Assembly (NCBI GenBank): GCA_046483305.1
Contig: JAWODM010000060.1
Coordinates: 1-40,066 of the forward strand
Source of the DNA: Candidatus Krumholzibacteriales bacterium
Lineage (GTDB): Bacteria > Krumholzibacteriota > Krumholzibacteriia > Krumholzibacteriales > WJIX01
Direction: 5' to 3'
Length of the DNA stretch: 40,066 bases
Of this stretch, positions 1 through 8,953 are shown piece after piece (within the stretch, counting starts at the first letter, position 1; each line of letters begins with the position of its first letter). Position numbers and translations under genes: made by a program. The notes under the pieces were generated by a model, which did not search any database, had not been told where the DNA came from, and saw only the letters and a list, made by a program, of their open reading frames with translations.

Positions 1-327
1 AGTCAAGAGAAAATTATCGGTTGGAGTTTCCCCAATTTTTATAATCTATCAGGTAGTTTAATTATTGGTTTGGTTTGCGGCTGAGTGATTAATTCAAAAT
101 CGTTGTCGGTTTCCCCGGCGATGAAACCGCAACTCCCGCCTCGCACATCGCTCTTTCTGCCCCTGACGGGGCAGAAAACCATGCCCGTTCGCCCTCCGGA
201 GGGTTTTGAATTAATCACTCAGCCGCTTCTATCAATGCTTAAGGCCGATTCCAGTTGCTATTAAAACTAAGTTGTTGTTAAAGATTACCTTACCGACATT
301 CTGGCTTATTTTTTGGGGAAACTCCTG
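1..327. mobile_element. MITE-like non-coding repeat, copy 1 (identity to copy 2 runs to the window edge)
   Basis: Identical to 24712-25038 except at 188 and 292. Outer 13-bp IR GGAGTTTCCCCAA (23-35) / TTGGGGAAACTCC (313-325). Inner perfect 23-bp IR at 77-99 / 204-226. No credible ORF. Confidence 0.75.
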
Positions 328-431
328 TAATGTGTCCGCGAATATATGTAATTATTGCTTATTTACATGAAATGTCTTTTTTCAGGGAAGAGTCTGGGGA
401 TTTTGCGGGGATATCAGCAGGGTTTTCAATA

Positions 432-1115
432 TCATTTATTTTTTCTGAAAAAAGATACTATTTTCTGAAAGGGGGCAACAGCATGAGTTTTAACTTCCTT
501 CTGCTCTATCCGCGAAAGATAAAGCAGCCCCAGTTTATTGGATGAATCCAGTTTCAACGCATTCTGCAGATGCTTTCTGGCCTGGCTGTAGAGCCCTGCC
601 TTGTAATAAACGCAACCGAGATGAGAGGCAAAAACAGGGTTATAGAATTCCATCTGAATCGCCGTTCTGCATTCATCCCTCGCTTCGTGAAGCTCGTTGC
701 CGATTATGGCCAGTACATAACCGTACCAGCTGTGATACGATGCCACTGAAGGGTCATTTCTTACCGCAGACTTAAGCAGTATCGCCGCCTGCTCATAGTT
801 CCTGGCCTTTAACGCACTCTTCGCCTGCTTATAAGCCAGAGAGGCGGTCTTTATCTTCTGCTCCCTTATATTGAGTCCCTCCCCGGCTTCTCCGGAGGAA
901 CCGTCGGTTCTGCGTGACTCGTCGTATTCTCTTCGCTTGACCGGATCTCCAAGCACGGAATAGGCTTCATTAATTAATTTGAACTTCCTGTCATCCGCAA
1001 GGCTGTCGTCATTCCTGTCCGGATGGTACATTTTTACCAGTGAGAAGAATTTCTTCTTAATATCTTCACTCGAGCAGGTTGATGATAATTGCAGGACAGC
1101 GTAGTAATCTTTCAT
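432..1115 (-). CDS. DnaJ (J-domain) protein with C-terminal TPR repeats
   Basis: N-terminal KDYYAVL...YHPDRN...FKLINEAYSVLGDPVKRREYD is a J-domain with the HPD motif, followed by TPR-like helices. Confidence 0.88.
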   Translation of the reverse strand: MKDYYAVLQLSSTCSSEDIKKKFFSLVKMYHPDRNDDSLADDRKFKLINEAYSVLGDPVKRREYDESRRTDGSSGEAGEGLNIREQKIKTASLAYKQAKSALKARNYEQAAILLKSAVRNDPSVASYHSWYGYVLAIIGNELHEARDECRTAIQMEFYNPVFASHLGCVYYKAGLYSQARKHLQNALKLDSSNKLGLLYLSRIEQKEVKTHAVAPFQKIVSFFRKNK

Positions 1116-1125
1116 TGATATCCTT

Positions 1126-2067
1126 TTAGCTTGTGAGTGAAGCCAGTTCTTCCTTGAGGGTCAGAACCAGCTCATTATCCGGATCTTTTTCCATTACCCT
1201 GTCCAGATGCCTGGCACTTTCCTGGAAGGCCCCCTTTTCAAAATAGGTAAGAGCGAGATTCAGATGAACCTTTAGGTAATCCGGGTTTATCTTCAGAGCC
1301 GTATTAAACTCAACTATGGCGTCATCCTTCATTCCCTTATTAGCGTAAGCTATTCCCAGAAGGTTATGAAGGTCCGGAAAGTCAGGAGTCATTGAAAGGG
1401 CTTTCTTCAGTTCGGTTATCGCTTCATCATATTCTCCCTCCTGGATATATTCGCTGGCAACCTGCTTGCTTACCTGTGCGGATGTCGGCCTTTCCCTGAG
1501 GATGTCCGTAAAAGAATCCATAACCTTGTCCCTCGATTCGGAATTCCTGATGTCCATTATCAGCTCATTTACTTTCTTGAGATAAAAACCGGGGGTGCAT
1601 TCCCTGCTTTTTGTGAGAAGCTCCGCGCTTTCTCTTATTTCACCTTGAAGGTACTTTATCTTTGCAATGAAGACCCTGGCCTTGAAGAATTTAGGGTTAA
1701 TGGAAAGTGATTTCTTCGTGAAATATTCCGAACGTTCAAGATTGCCCAGCTTTTCATGCATCTCACCTATCATCAGGTGGACATCAGCATATTCGGGCTC
1801 CATAACTGATACTTTTTCCAATACTTCCACAGCTTTTTCCATATCGCCCTTCTCCCGGAGCTGCTTTGAATATTCGATATAAGATTCACTCATATACATC
1901 CTGGTAAGTTCCTGAGTATTCAGCTCGGAGTCAATATCGTTGTTTCGGGCGATATGTTTCTCGAAAAACCGGTAGGCCTTTTCATAATCCCCCTTGCTGA
2001 AATAATCCATTCCCTTTCTGAGATTCCCCCCTGGTATTACAGACAGAAATTTATGTATAAAAGCCAT
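1126..2067 (-). CDS. Tetratricopeptide repeat protein
   Basis: Multiple TPR units, e.g. PDLHNLLGIAYANKGMKDDAIVEFNTALKINPDY. Ends 10 bp before the J-domain gene. Confidence 0.88.
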   Translation of the reverse strand: MAFIHKFLSVIPGGNLRKGMDYFSKGDYEKAYRFFEKHIARNNDIDSELNTQELTRMYMSESYIEYSKQLREKGDMEKAVEVLEKVSVMEPEYADVHLMIGEMHEKLGNLERSEYFTKKSLSINPKFFKARVFIAKIKYLQGEIRESAELLTKSRECTPGFYLKKVNELIMDIRNSESRDKVMDSFTDILRERPTSAQVSKQVASEYIQEGEYDEAITELKKALSMTPDFPDLHNLLGIAYANKGMKDDAIVEFNTALKINPDYLKVHLNLALTYFEKGAFQESARHLDRVMEKDPDNELVLTLKEELASLTS

Positions 2068-2115
2068 TTCTATTCTCTTCCCTTTTTAAACAAAAATTGC
2101 AGTGTTTTTAGTTTA

Positions 2116-2131
2116 TGCAATAGCCACGCCA
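2116..2131 (-). promoter_or_regulatory. Candidate sigma54 (-24/-12) promoter for the TPR / J-domain pair
   Basis: Minus strand TGGCGTGGCTATTGCA has exact GG-N10-GC spacing and lies about 50 bp upstream of the ATG at 2067, with an AT-rich tract upstream. Confidence 0.6.
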
Positions 2132-2317
2132 AAATTATCGCTATTCCCTTCTGATTGAGTGCACAAGTGTGTAACTTGTATTATGTTTATAAGTTATTCG
2201 TATATCCAATTAACGGAGATGATAGATTTACAATCTATTTCGCATGCCCTGTTCCAATTTTGATAATTATTTTTGAAAAAAACGATATAAAAGCTATGCC
2301 GGGGTAATATTTCTTTC

Positions 2318-3868
2318 CTATTCCCATTCAATAGTCGAAGGCGGTTTGGAGCTGATATCGTATACGACCCTGTTTATGCCATCCGCTCTGTTGATTATTG
2401 AACTGGAAACATCCTGAAGGAATTCGTAGGGAAGTTTGGCCCAGTCGGCTGTCATTCCGTCAACACTGGTCACTGCGCGTAGAACCGCCGTATTCTGATA
2501 TGTTCTTTCGTCTCCCATTACTCCCACGCTCTTGACCGGAAGCAGCACTGCGAAGGCCTGCCATACCTGATCGTAAAGCTTATATTCCTTGAGCTTATCG
2601 ATAAAAATCCTGTCAGCTTTCCTCAGCAGTTTCAGTTTTGGGGGTGATATCTCTCCCGGTATTCTTACTGCCAGTCCGGGGCCCGGAAACGGATGCCTTC
2701 CTATTATCTCATAAGGCAGGCCAAGCGTTTTGCCCACTTCCCTGACTTCATCCTTGAACAGCCAGGCCAGAGGCTCAATAAGCTCAAAGTCAAAATCATC
2801 CGGAAGCCCCCCCACATTGTGGTGAGATTTGATTGTCTGCGACGGGCCTACTGTTGACCTGCTCTCTATAACATCGGGATACAGGGTCCCCTGGGCCAGG
2901 TATTTAAAATCTCCCAGCCTGCCGCACTCCCGTCTGAAAATATCAATGAAACATCTGCCGATTATTTTTCTCTTTTCTTCTGCGTCCGTAACACCTTTCA
3001 GCCTGGAGAGGAATTCATCAGCCGCATCCACAAAAATCAGGTCAGTTGTAAGATGGCTGGAAAGAAGCTCCTTTACCTCATCCGCTTCATTTTCTCTGAG
3101 AAGCCCGTTATCCACGAAAACGGGATAGAGGTTATTCCCCACGGCCCGGTCCAGCAGAGCGGACATGACCGAGCTGTCCACCCCGCCGCTTACCGCGCAG
3201 AGCACCTTGGAATTCCCGGCTTTATCCCTTATCTTCTCTGTTTCAAGCTCGATGAAGGATTCGGAATTCCACCTCCTCGAACAACCACAGACCGAAAACA
3301 GGAAATTCTTTATAATTTCCTCGCCATATTCGGTATGATGGACTTCAGGATGAAACTGTATGCCGTAGATATTGTTATCGCCGTCGTATATTCCGGCGAT
3401 CTCGCAGTCCCTGGAGGAAAGGATCACCTCATAATTATCCGGGACAGTCTTGACTCTGACTCCGTGGCTCATCCAGACTCTCTGCTTTTCCGGAGTCCCG
3501 CTGAAAATCCTGTTACCGGTATCCGCTGATATTATGGTATGGCCATATTCCCTGTCCACAGATCTGCTTACCTCTGCCCCTTTCATCTTTGCTATCAGGT
3601 GCATCCCGTAACAGATACCGAGGACCGGCACGCCGATTGAGAATATATCAGCTTCCAGACGGGGAGAATCGCGGTCATCCACATTGGCGGGCCCCCCCGA
3701 TAGAATTATTCCGCAGGGATTGTTCTCAACGATCTCTTCTCTGGTGGCGTTATGCGGAAGCAGTATTGAGAATACTCCCTCGCTCCTCACTCTTCTGCCG
3801 ATCAACTGTGTGTACTGCGACCCGAAATCCAGTATTACAATTGATTCTCCGTCCCATTCACGGTCCAT
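2318..3868 (-). CDS. guaA: GMP synthase (glutamine-hydrolysing)
   Basis: ILDFGSQYTQLI, GICYG, QFHPEV, SGGVDS, QGTLYPDVIES, IKSHHNVGGL, KPPSTIEWE. ATG at 3868 preferred over TTG at 3883. Confidence 0.98.
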   Translation of the reverse strand: MDREWDGESIVILDFGSQYTQLIGRRVRSEGVFSILLPHNATREEIVENNPCGIILSGGPANVDDRDSPRLEADIFSIGVPVLGICYGMHLIAKMKGAEVSRSVDREYGHTIISADTGNRIFSGTPEKQRVWMSHGVRVKTVPDNYEVILSSRDCEIAGIYDGDNNIYGIQFHPEVHHTEYGEEIIKNFLFSVCGCSRRWNSESFIELETEKIRDKAGNSKVLCAVSGGVDSSVMSALLDRAVGNNLYPVFVDNGLLRENEADEVKELLSSHLTTDLIFVDAADEFLSRLKGVTDAEEKRKIIGRCFIDIFRRECGRLGDFKYLAQGTLYPDVIESRSTVGPSQTIKSHHNVGGLPDDFDFELIEPLAWLFKDEVREVGKTLGLPYEIIGRHPFPGPGLAVRIPGEISPPKLKLLRKADRIFIDKLKEYKLYDQVWQAFAVLLPVKSVGVMGDERTYQNTAVLRAVTSVDGMTADWAKLPYEFLQDVSSSIINRADGINRVVYDISSKPPSTIEWE

Positions 3869-3879
3869 TTGATCTTCCT

Positions 3880-5433
3880 TCAATGTTTGAAATGCCTTCT
3901 GCCTGTAAGGGCCATGGTGATACCCATTTCTTCCGCGGCCTCAATGACTTTCCCGTCCCTGATAGAGCCTCCGGGCTGAATAACGTTTACCACTCCGCTG
4001 TCTACGAGTACCTTTACCCCGTCGGGGAAAGGGAAGAAAGCGTCAGAGCCGGCGGAACTGCCCGCCAGATCCATTCCCGCCTCAGCGGCTTTACGCACGG
4101 CGATCCTGCATGAATCGACCCTGCTCATCTGGCCGGCCCCTATGCCCAGGGTCCCCTCTTCATCGCAGATTACTATAGCGTTTGATCTTACATGCTTTAC
4201 TACTTTCCATGCCAGCTTCATAGCTTTCATTTCTTCATCATCCGGTTTCCTGGATGTTGCCATATTCAACTCTTCCAGTTCCGGGAATCCACTGTCCCTC
4301 TGTTGCATCAGAACCATATTACCCTCAAACTTTATGGTAACTCCCGACAGGTCCCTGTTCCATTCGGAATCGGGAATGAGAATCAGCCTCATATTCTTCT
4401 TCTTTTTAAATATTTTCCTCGCCTCGTCGCTATAACCCCTGGCCAGCATCACCTCCACAAACCCCTGGTTAGCCGCCTCAGCCAGCTCCGCGTCTACCAT
4501 ACCGTTAACAGCCACTATACTCCCAAAGGCCGACATGGGGTCTGTTTTCCTGGCCCTTATGAAACTGCTGCAGGGATCCGCGCAGACAGCGGCGCCGCAT
4601 GGACTCATATGCTTGTTAACCGCGCAGCCGTTTTCGCCGAGGTCCACAGCCAGCAGGAAAGCCGCGTACATATCACTCATATTGTTGTAAGAGAGCTTCT
4701 TCCCCTGCAGTTGTTCAAACTCCGAAAGGAGGTCTGAGCGGTCGTCGTTTCTGTAGAGCGCCGCTTCCTGATGCGGATTTTCCCCATACCTAAGCGGCCT
4801 CCACCTGGTAAGAGATATTATCTTTCTCTCCGGGAACTGTTCGGCTCCGTCCTGTCCGTCGAAGTAATCAGATATGGCGGCATCGTATGAGGCTGTATGG
4901 TGAAAAGCTTTCGAAGCCAGTTCCCTCCGGAAACTCAACGGTAGCCCTTCTTCCTTATCCAGATGCCCGGTCACCCTGCTGTAATCGTCCGGGTTCACCA
5001 CCACCGCAACTGAATGGAAGTTCTTGGCCGCTGATCTTATCAGAGTGGGCCCTCCTATGTCTATTTCCTCCACTACATCCTTCTCTTTCGCTCCCGCCTC
5101 AGAAGCTTTCTCCCTGAAACGGTAAAGATTCACCGCGATAAGGTCAATCATCTCTATACCGAGTTCGGCAGCCTGCTTCACATGCTCCTGCCTGTTCCTG
5201 TCGGCAAGAATCCCTCCGTGGATCTTGGGATGAAGGGTTTTCACGCGGCCGTTCATGATTTCCGGGAATCCGGTGATTTCACTGACTTCGGTGACCTCAA
5301 CTCCGGCCTTTCTTATCGCCTCTGCCGTGCCGCCGGAAGCTATAACCTCAATGCCGGCCCCCGAAAGAGCTTCCGCGAATCCGGCAACTCCTCTTTTGTC
5401 GGTAACGCTTATTAACGCTCTCTTGACTTTCAT
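3880..5433 (-). CDS. purH: Bifunctional AICAR transformylase / IMP cyclohydrolase
   Basis: RALISVTDK, GRVKTLHP, IDIGGPT, LRYGENPHQ, GAGQMSRVDS, SDAFFPF, IQPGGSIRD, RHFKH. Confidence 0.98.
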   Translation of the reverse strand: MKVKRALISVTDKRGVAGFAEALSGAGIEVIASGGTAEAIRKAGVEVTEVSEITGFPEIMNGRVKTLHPKIHGGILADRNRQEHVKQAAELGIEMIDLIAVNLYRFREKASEAGAKEKDVVEEIDIGGPTLIRSAAKNFHSVAVVVNPDDYSRVTGHLDKEEGLPLSFRRELASKAFHHTASYDAAISDYFDGQDGAEQFPERKIISLTRWRPLRYGENPHQEAALYRNDDRSDLLSEFEQLQGKKLSYNNMSDMYAAFLLAVDLGENGCAVNKHMSPCGAAVCADPCSSFIRARKTDPMSAFGSIVAVNGMVDAELAEAANQGFVEVMLARGYSDEARKIFKKKKNMRLILIPDSEWNRDLSGVTIKFEGNMVLMQQRDSGFPELEELNMATSRKPDDEEMKAMKLAWKVVKHVRSNAIVICDEEGTLGIGAGQMSRVDSCRIAVRKAAEAGMDLAGSSAGSDAFFPFPDGVKVLVDSGVVNVIQPGGSIRDGKVIEAAEEMGITMALTGRRHFKH

Positions 5434-6308
5434 AATCCGTACCTTTCAAGGTCAGCGTCTTCGAATAATGATTTTACCGCCATCCTGTACCTGTCCAGGG
5501 TTTTTTCCACAACATCCGCCGGAAGCTCCGGGGCTGGAGGATTGTGGTCCCATCCGGTATCATCCAGGTAGTCTCTGATGAACTGCTTGTCCAATGATTT
5601 CTGCTTCTGTCCCGGAGTATACTCATCCGCAAGCCAGAACCTCGATGAATCGGGGGTAAGCACCTCATCTATAAGGGCCAGTTTTCCGTCTATGTAACCG
5701 AACTCAAATTTGGTGTCAGCTATAAGAATGCCCCTCTGCTCCGCGTAATCGCTGGCCTTTGTGAATATATCCATGCTTATATCCCTGATCTTCTCTATTA
5801 CATCATTCCCGGCCAGGGAAGCAGCCTCATCAAAGGAAATATTTATGTCGTGTCCGGAATCCGCCTTGGTAGATGGTGTAAAAATCGGTTCGGGGAGTTT
5901 TTCAGACTCAACCAGCCCCTCCGGAAGCTCTATTCCGCATACAGATCCTGATTCCCGGTAGGAACGAAAACCTGATCCCGTAATGTAGCCACGCACTATG
6001 CATTCAAGGTCAACCCGGTCAGCTTTTCTGACCAGCATGGACCTTCCCTCCAGCTCTTCAGTGAATGAAGAAAACTGCCCCGGATACTCTCCGACTTCCG
6101 TGGTGATCTTATGATTCGGGATATCATCGAAGAAATCGAACCACCTGGAGGATATTACATTCAGCATAATACCCTTACCCGGCAGCCTGGTCGGCAGGAC
6201 CGAATCGTAGGCTGAAACACGGTCTGAAACCACCAGTAGAAGTTTATCGCCCAGGTCATATATATCTCTTACTTTTCCTGAATGATCAGGCTTGATGCCG
6301 ATCTGCAT
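5430..6308 (-). CDS. purC: SAICAR synthetase
   Basis: SGKVRDIY, SDRVSAYD, ECIVRGYITGSG, FTPSTKA, ADTKFEFG, DEVLTPDSSRFW, DKQFIRD. Confidence 0.97.
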   Translation of the reverse strand: MQIGIKPDHSGKVRDIYDLGDKLLLVVSDRVSAYDSVLPTRLPGKGIMLNVISSRWFDFFDDIPNHKITTEVGEYPGQFSSFTEELEGRSMLVRKADRVDLECIVRGYITGSGFRSYRESGSVCGIELPEGLVESEKLPEPIFTPSTKADSGHDINISFDEAASLAGNDVIEKIRDISMDIFTKASDYAEQRGILIADTKFEFGYIDGKLALIDEVLTPDSSRFWLADEYTPGQKQKSLDKQFIRDYLDDTGWDHNPPAPELPADVVEKTLDRYRMAVKSLFEDADLERYGL

Positions 6309-6329
6309 ATCCTTCCTCCTGCCTTATTA

Positions 6330-6947
6330 TTAACTGATAAATACCCTTCTGCCAATTATATCCAGCCTGTCCTCCGCGAACAGCCTGACCGCTTCCGGGT
6401 AAGCCCTATGTTCCTGCTCAAGTATTCTTTCGCTGAGCGTATCTTCGGTGTCATCCTGCAGAACCGGAACCACCTTCTGAATTATAATCGGCCCGGTGTC
6501 TATACCTTCGTCCACAAAATGCACCGTGCAGCCCGAATACCTTACCCCGTACTCCAGCGCCTGCCTCTGTCCGTGAAGGCCCTTGAAACTGGGGAGAAGA
6601 GCCGGATGAATATTTATCATCCTGAGGGAATACTGTTCCATCAGCCTGCCTTTCACGATTCTCATGAAACCGGCCAGGCAGACCAGGCCGACTCCCCTTT
6701 CCTCGAACAGGCTGCATATCCTTTCACTTGAATGGGGAGTCATCGACCCCTTCCTGCTGCCGCAGTCGACCACCGCGCTCTCAATCTTCATATCCTCTGC
6801 AATCTGGAGCGCTCCCGCCCCGGGATTGTCCGTCACGAGCAGGGATATGTCAGCCGGATAATCTTCCCCCGCGCAACTGACGGCCAGCGACCTGAAGTTG
6901 CTTCCTCGCCCCGATGCCATAACACCGACTTTAAGATTTTCAGGCAT
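6330..6947 (-). CDS. purN: Phosphoribosylglycinamide formyltransferase
   Basis: ASGRGSN, CLAGFMRI, INIHPALLPSFKG, GCTVHFVDEGIDTGPII. Confidence 0.97.
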   Translation of the reverse strand: MPENLKVGVMASGRGSNFRSLAVSCAGEDYPADISLLVTDNPGAGALQIAEDMKIESAVVDCGSRKGSMTPHSSERICSLFEERGVGLVCLAGFMRIVKGRLMEQYSLRMINIHPALLPSFKGLHGQRQALEYGVRYSGCTVHFVDEGIDTGPIIIQKVVPVLQDDTEDTLSERILEQEHRAYPEAVRLFAEDRLDIIGRRVFIS

Positions 6948-7032
6948 ACTGTTTCACTCCGGTTCGTAAGCAGGTTATTAACTGACTGGTTTTTAAAATA
7001 CCTGATTCACTGATCAAGAAGTATGTGCTGAG

Positions 7033-7061
7033 ATATTACCGGCTGGAAAAGTTAAAGTCAA
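7033..7061 (-). promoter_or_regulatory. Candidate sigma70 promoter of the pur/guaA operon
   Basis: Minus strand TTGACT-N17-TAATAT, about 85 bp upstream of purN. Confidence 0.5.
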
Positions 7062-7181
7062 GAAAATCAATTTTCGAGTCTGATCGGCAGATCAGACTCA
7101 ACTATTACTGTTGGAGGCGTTCTCTCAGGCCATTTATTTCTGATTCGGCAAAACCGGGGAATGGGTGTTAATAGATGGTTT

Positions 7182-8924
7182 CTATTTATGAATAATCATG
7201 TTATATCGCAGATAAGCCCTGGCGGAATCCAGTACAGACCCCCCGGGCGGTGGAAAATCAGGATTGAGGATTTGGAGCTCGATATTCTGAAATCTGATTC
7301 TGTTTCCCTTTTTTACTGATATTATTTCCACGCTTCCCTTAATTTCGGGTAATAAACCTGCGGAACCCTGCCGGAGGTATTTACTGCAGACTATTCTCTT
7401 GACTCCGAGCCATCCGGACAGATTCGAAATCCCCTGGATTGAGTTGAGCTCCGATGAGCAGATGATCATGGTGCTGACCTTCCCGATATTCTCACCATAA
7501 AGCCTTCTTATTACCCCGGCAGCCTGATAAGCGTTTATACCGGACCGTATTGTGATAATTCCACCGGCGGCTGATGAATATCTGAAGCTTCCCGCCCATG
7601 CGGGATCGCCGAAATCAGTATATATATAACTATTACCAATCTGATTCGACGCCACCCGCGGATAGACGAACGATAAAACCCCTATGATTAAAGCGGCCCC
7701 CGCAATTTTTGTCCTGTGCCCTGTTCTTCTGCTCAGAGCGATTCCGAGAAGGCAGACGGCGGCTGAATAAATAACCGGCTGTATATCCCCGGACATGATG
7801 CAGGGGTAATGATGAGAGGAGATTCTCCGGGGTATCCAGCGTAGAAGAGTAGCCGAACTGTTCGCTGAAACGGAGACTGGTTCCCTGATAATATCAAATG
7901 GAGCAATAAGGTACACCATTCCAGAGTACAAGAAAACAGTGAAAGGAATAATCATTGCCAGATTGGCCAGAGGAGATACCAGAGCGCACCTCCCGTACTC
8001 CTTGAGAAGAATGGGCAGAATGAACAGATTTACCGCAATGGTTATAATAACAGGCGAAACAACAATACCGATCACTCTGAACCTTCTTCGCGTGCCTGAA
8101 TATTTTTTCAGGTATCTTATGGCCGGAAGCCCGATAGCGGATATACCAGCAACTGCCGTAAATGATAGCTGAAATCCGGCGCTGTTAATAATCCGCGGAG
8201 TTATTAACGCTGTTGCCAGTCCCGCTGTGATAAGAGATTCCGTGAGATTTGCCCTGGTATTCAATGACCTCAGGAAAAAGACCGCTATGACCAGCGAAGC
8301 CGCCCTGATCAGAGAAGGTGGAAACCCGGTTATGGCACAGTATGCTGTAGCGAGCAGGGAGATTATCAGGCCGCCTGCCCATCTGTTCAGCCCGGTTAGT
8401 GACAGAAGATGGGAGAGGGGAAGTATAACTATGCCAAGATGAAGCCCGCTGAGGGCAAGAAAATGAGCTAATCCCAGATATAGGTAATCGTCCCTCAGCC
8501 CTGCCGGAAGGCTGCTTTTGTCAGCCAGCAGCATTGCCTTTCCAAGGGCGGAACTTAACCGGGTGAGGCAGCCGCCGGTCATCTTTCTTTCCAGGTATTC
8601 CCGGGCCAGGGCAGCTTTCGATAACAGGGCCCCGGTTGCACCGTGCATGGTCCCCACTGACGGTATACTTAACCCGGCATCCGGAAAGGCCGAAAGCGCG
8701 GCCGATGATGAATAAAGGATGATTGAGGTAGCCGATGTGAGAAGAAAGAGTTCTCCACGGCCAAAAAACAAATTTCCGGCCAGGGAGTAATCCAGTCCTT
8801 TCCCCTTCCGGTTTATCGATATGAAATATAAAACAAATGCCGCTGCCTGGAGCTCGAGGAAGCAATTATTATCGAACCTCGCCAGGTTTCCCGCCAGATA
8901 GAAAAAAGCCCACCACTTCACCAT
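7182..8924 (-). CDS. comEC: ComEC/Rec2-family competence channel protein with degenerate accessory domains
   Basis: HFLALSGLHLG, PSLIRA, GFQLSF and SPLANL motifs, many hydrophobic segments, GGAGG RBS before the ATG. Confidence 0.88.
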   Translation of the reverse strand: MVKWWAFFYLAGNLARFDNNCFLELQAAAFVLYFISINRKGKGLDYSLAGNLFFGRGELFLLTSATSIILYSSSAALSAFPDAGLSIPSVGTMHGATGALLSKAALAREYLERKMTGGCLTRLSSALGKAMLLADKSSLPAGLRDDYLYLGLAHFLALSGLHLGIVILPLSHLLSLTGLNRWAGGLIISLLATAYCAITGFPPSLIRAASLVIAVFFLRSLNTRANLTESLITAGLATALITPRIINSAGFQLSFTAVAGISAIGLPAIRYLKKYSGTRRRFRVIGIVVSPVIITIAVNLFILPILLKEYGRCALVSPLANLAMIIPFTVFLYSGMVYLIAPFDIIREPVSVSANSSATLLRWIPRRISSHHYPCIMSGDIQPVIYSAAVCLLGIALSRRTGHRTKIAGAALIIGVLSFVYPRVASNQIGNSYIYTDFGDPAWAGSFRYSSAAGGIITIRSGINAYQAAGVIRRLYGENIGKVSTMIICSSELNSIQGISNLSGWLGVKRIVCSKYLRQGSAGLLPEIKGSVEIISVKKGNRIRFQNIELQILNPDFPPPGGSVLDSARAYLRYNMIIHK

Positions 8925-8953
8925 CCCGCACCTCCCGCCAGAGGGCTGTTCAA

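Noticed and set aside
102..133. CGGTTTCCCCGGCGATGAAACCG loosely resembles a type I-E CRISPR repeat
   Set aside because: Only one copy per element, no spacers and no cas genes; explained as an internal hairpin.
330..775. Short plus-strand ORFs, and the many other antisense ORFs in the track (e.g. 22403-23143, 33325-33972, 21018-21566)
   Set aside because: They are shadows of well-supported genes on the opposite strand and show no recognisable motifs.
6948..7030. Possible purine, ZTP or PRPP riboswitch upstream of purN
   Set aside because: The leader is short and AT-rich, with only a weak hairpin and no recognisable consensus.
8765..8900. LAGNL occurs twice in the ComEC N-terminus
   Set aside because: Only five residues with different codons; probably chance.
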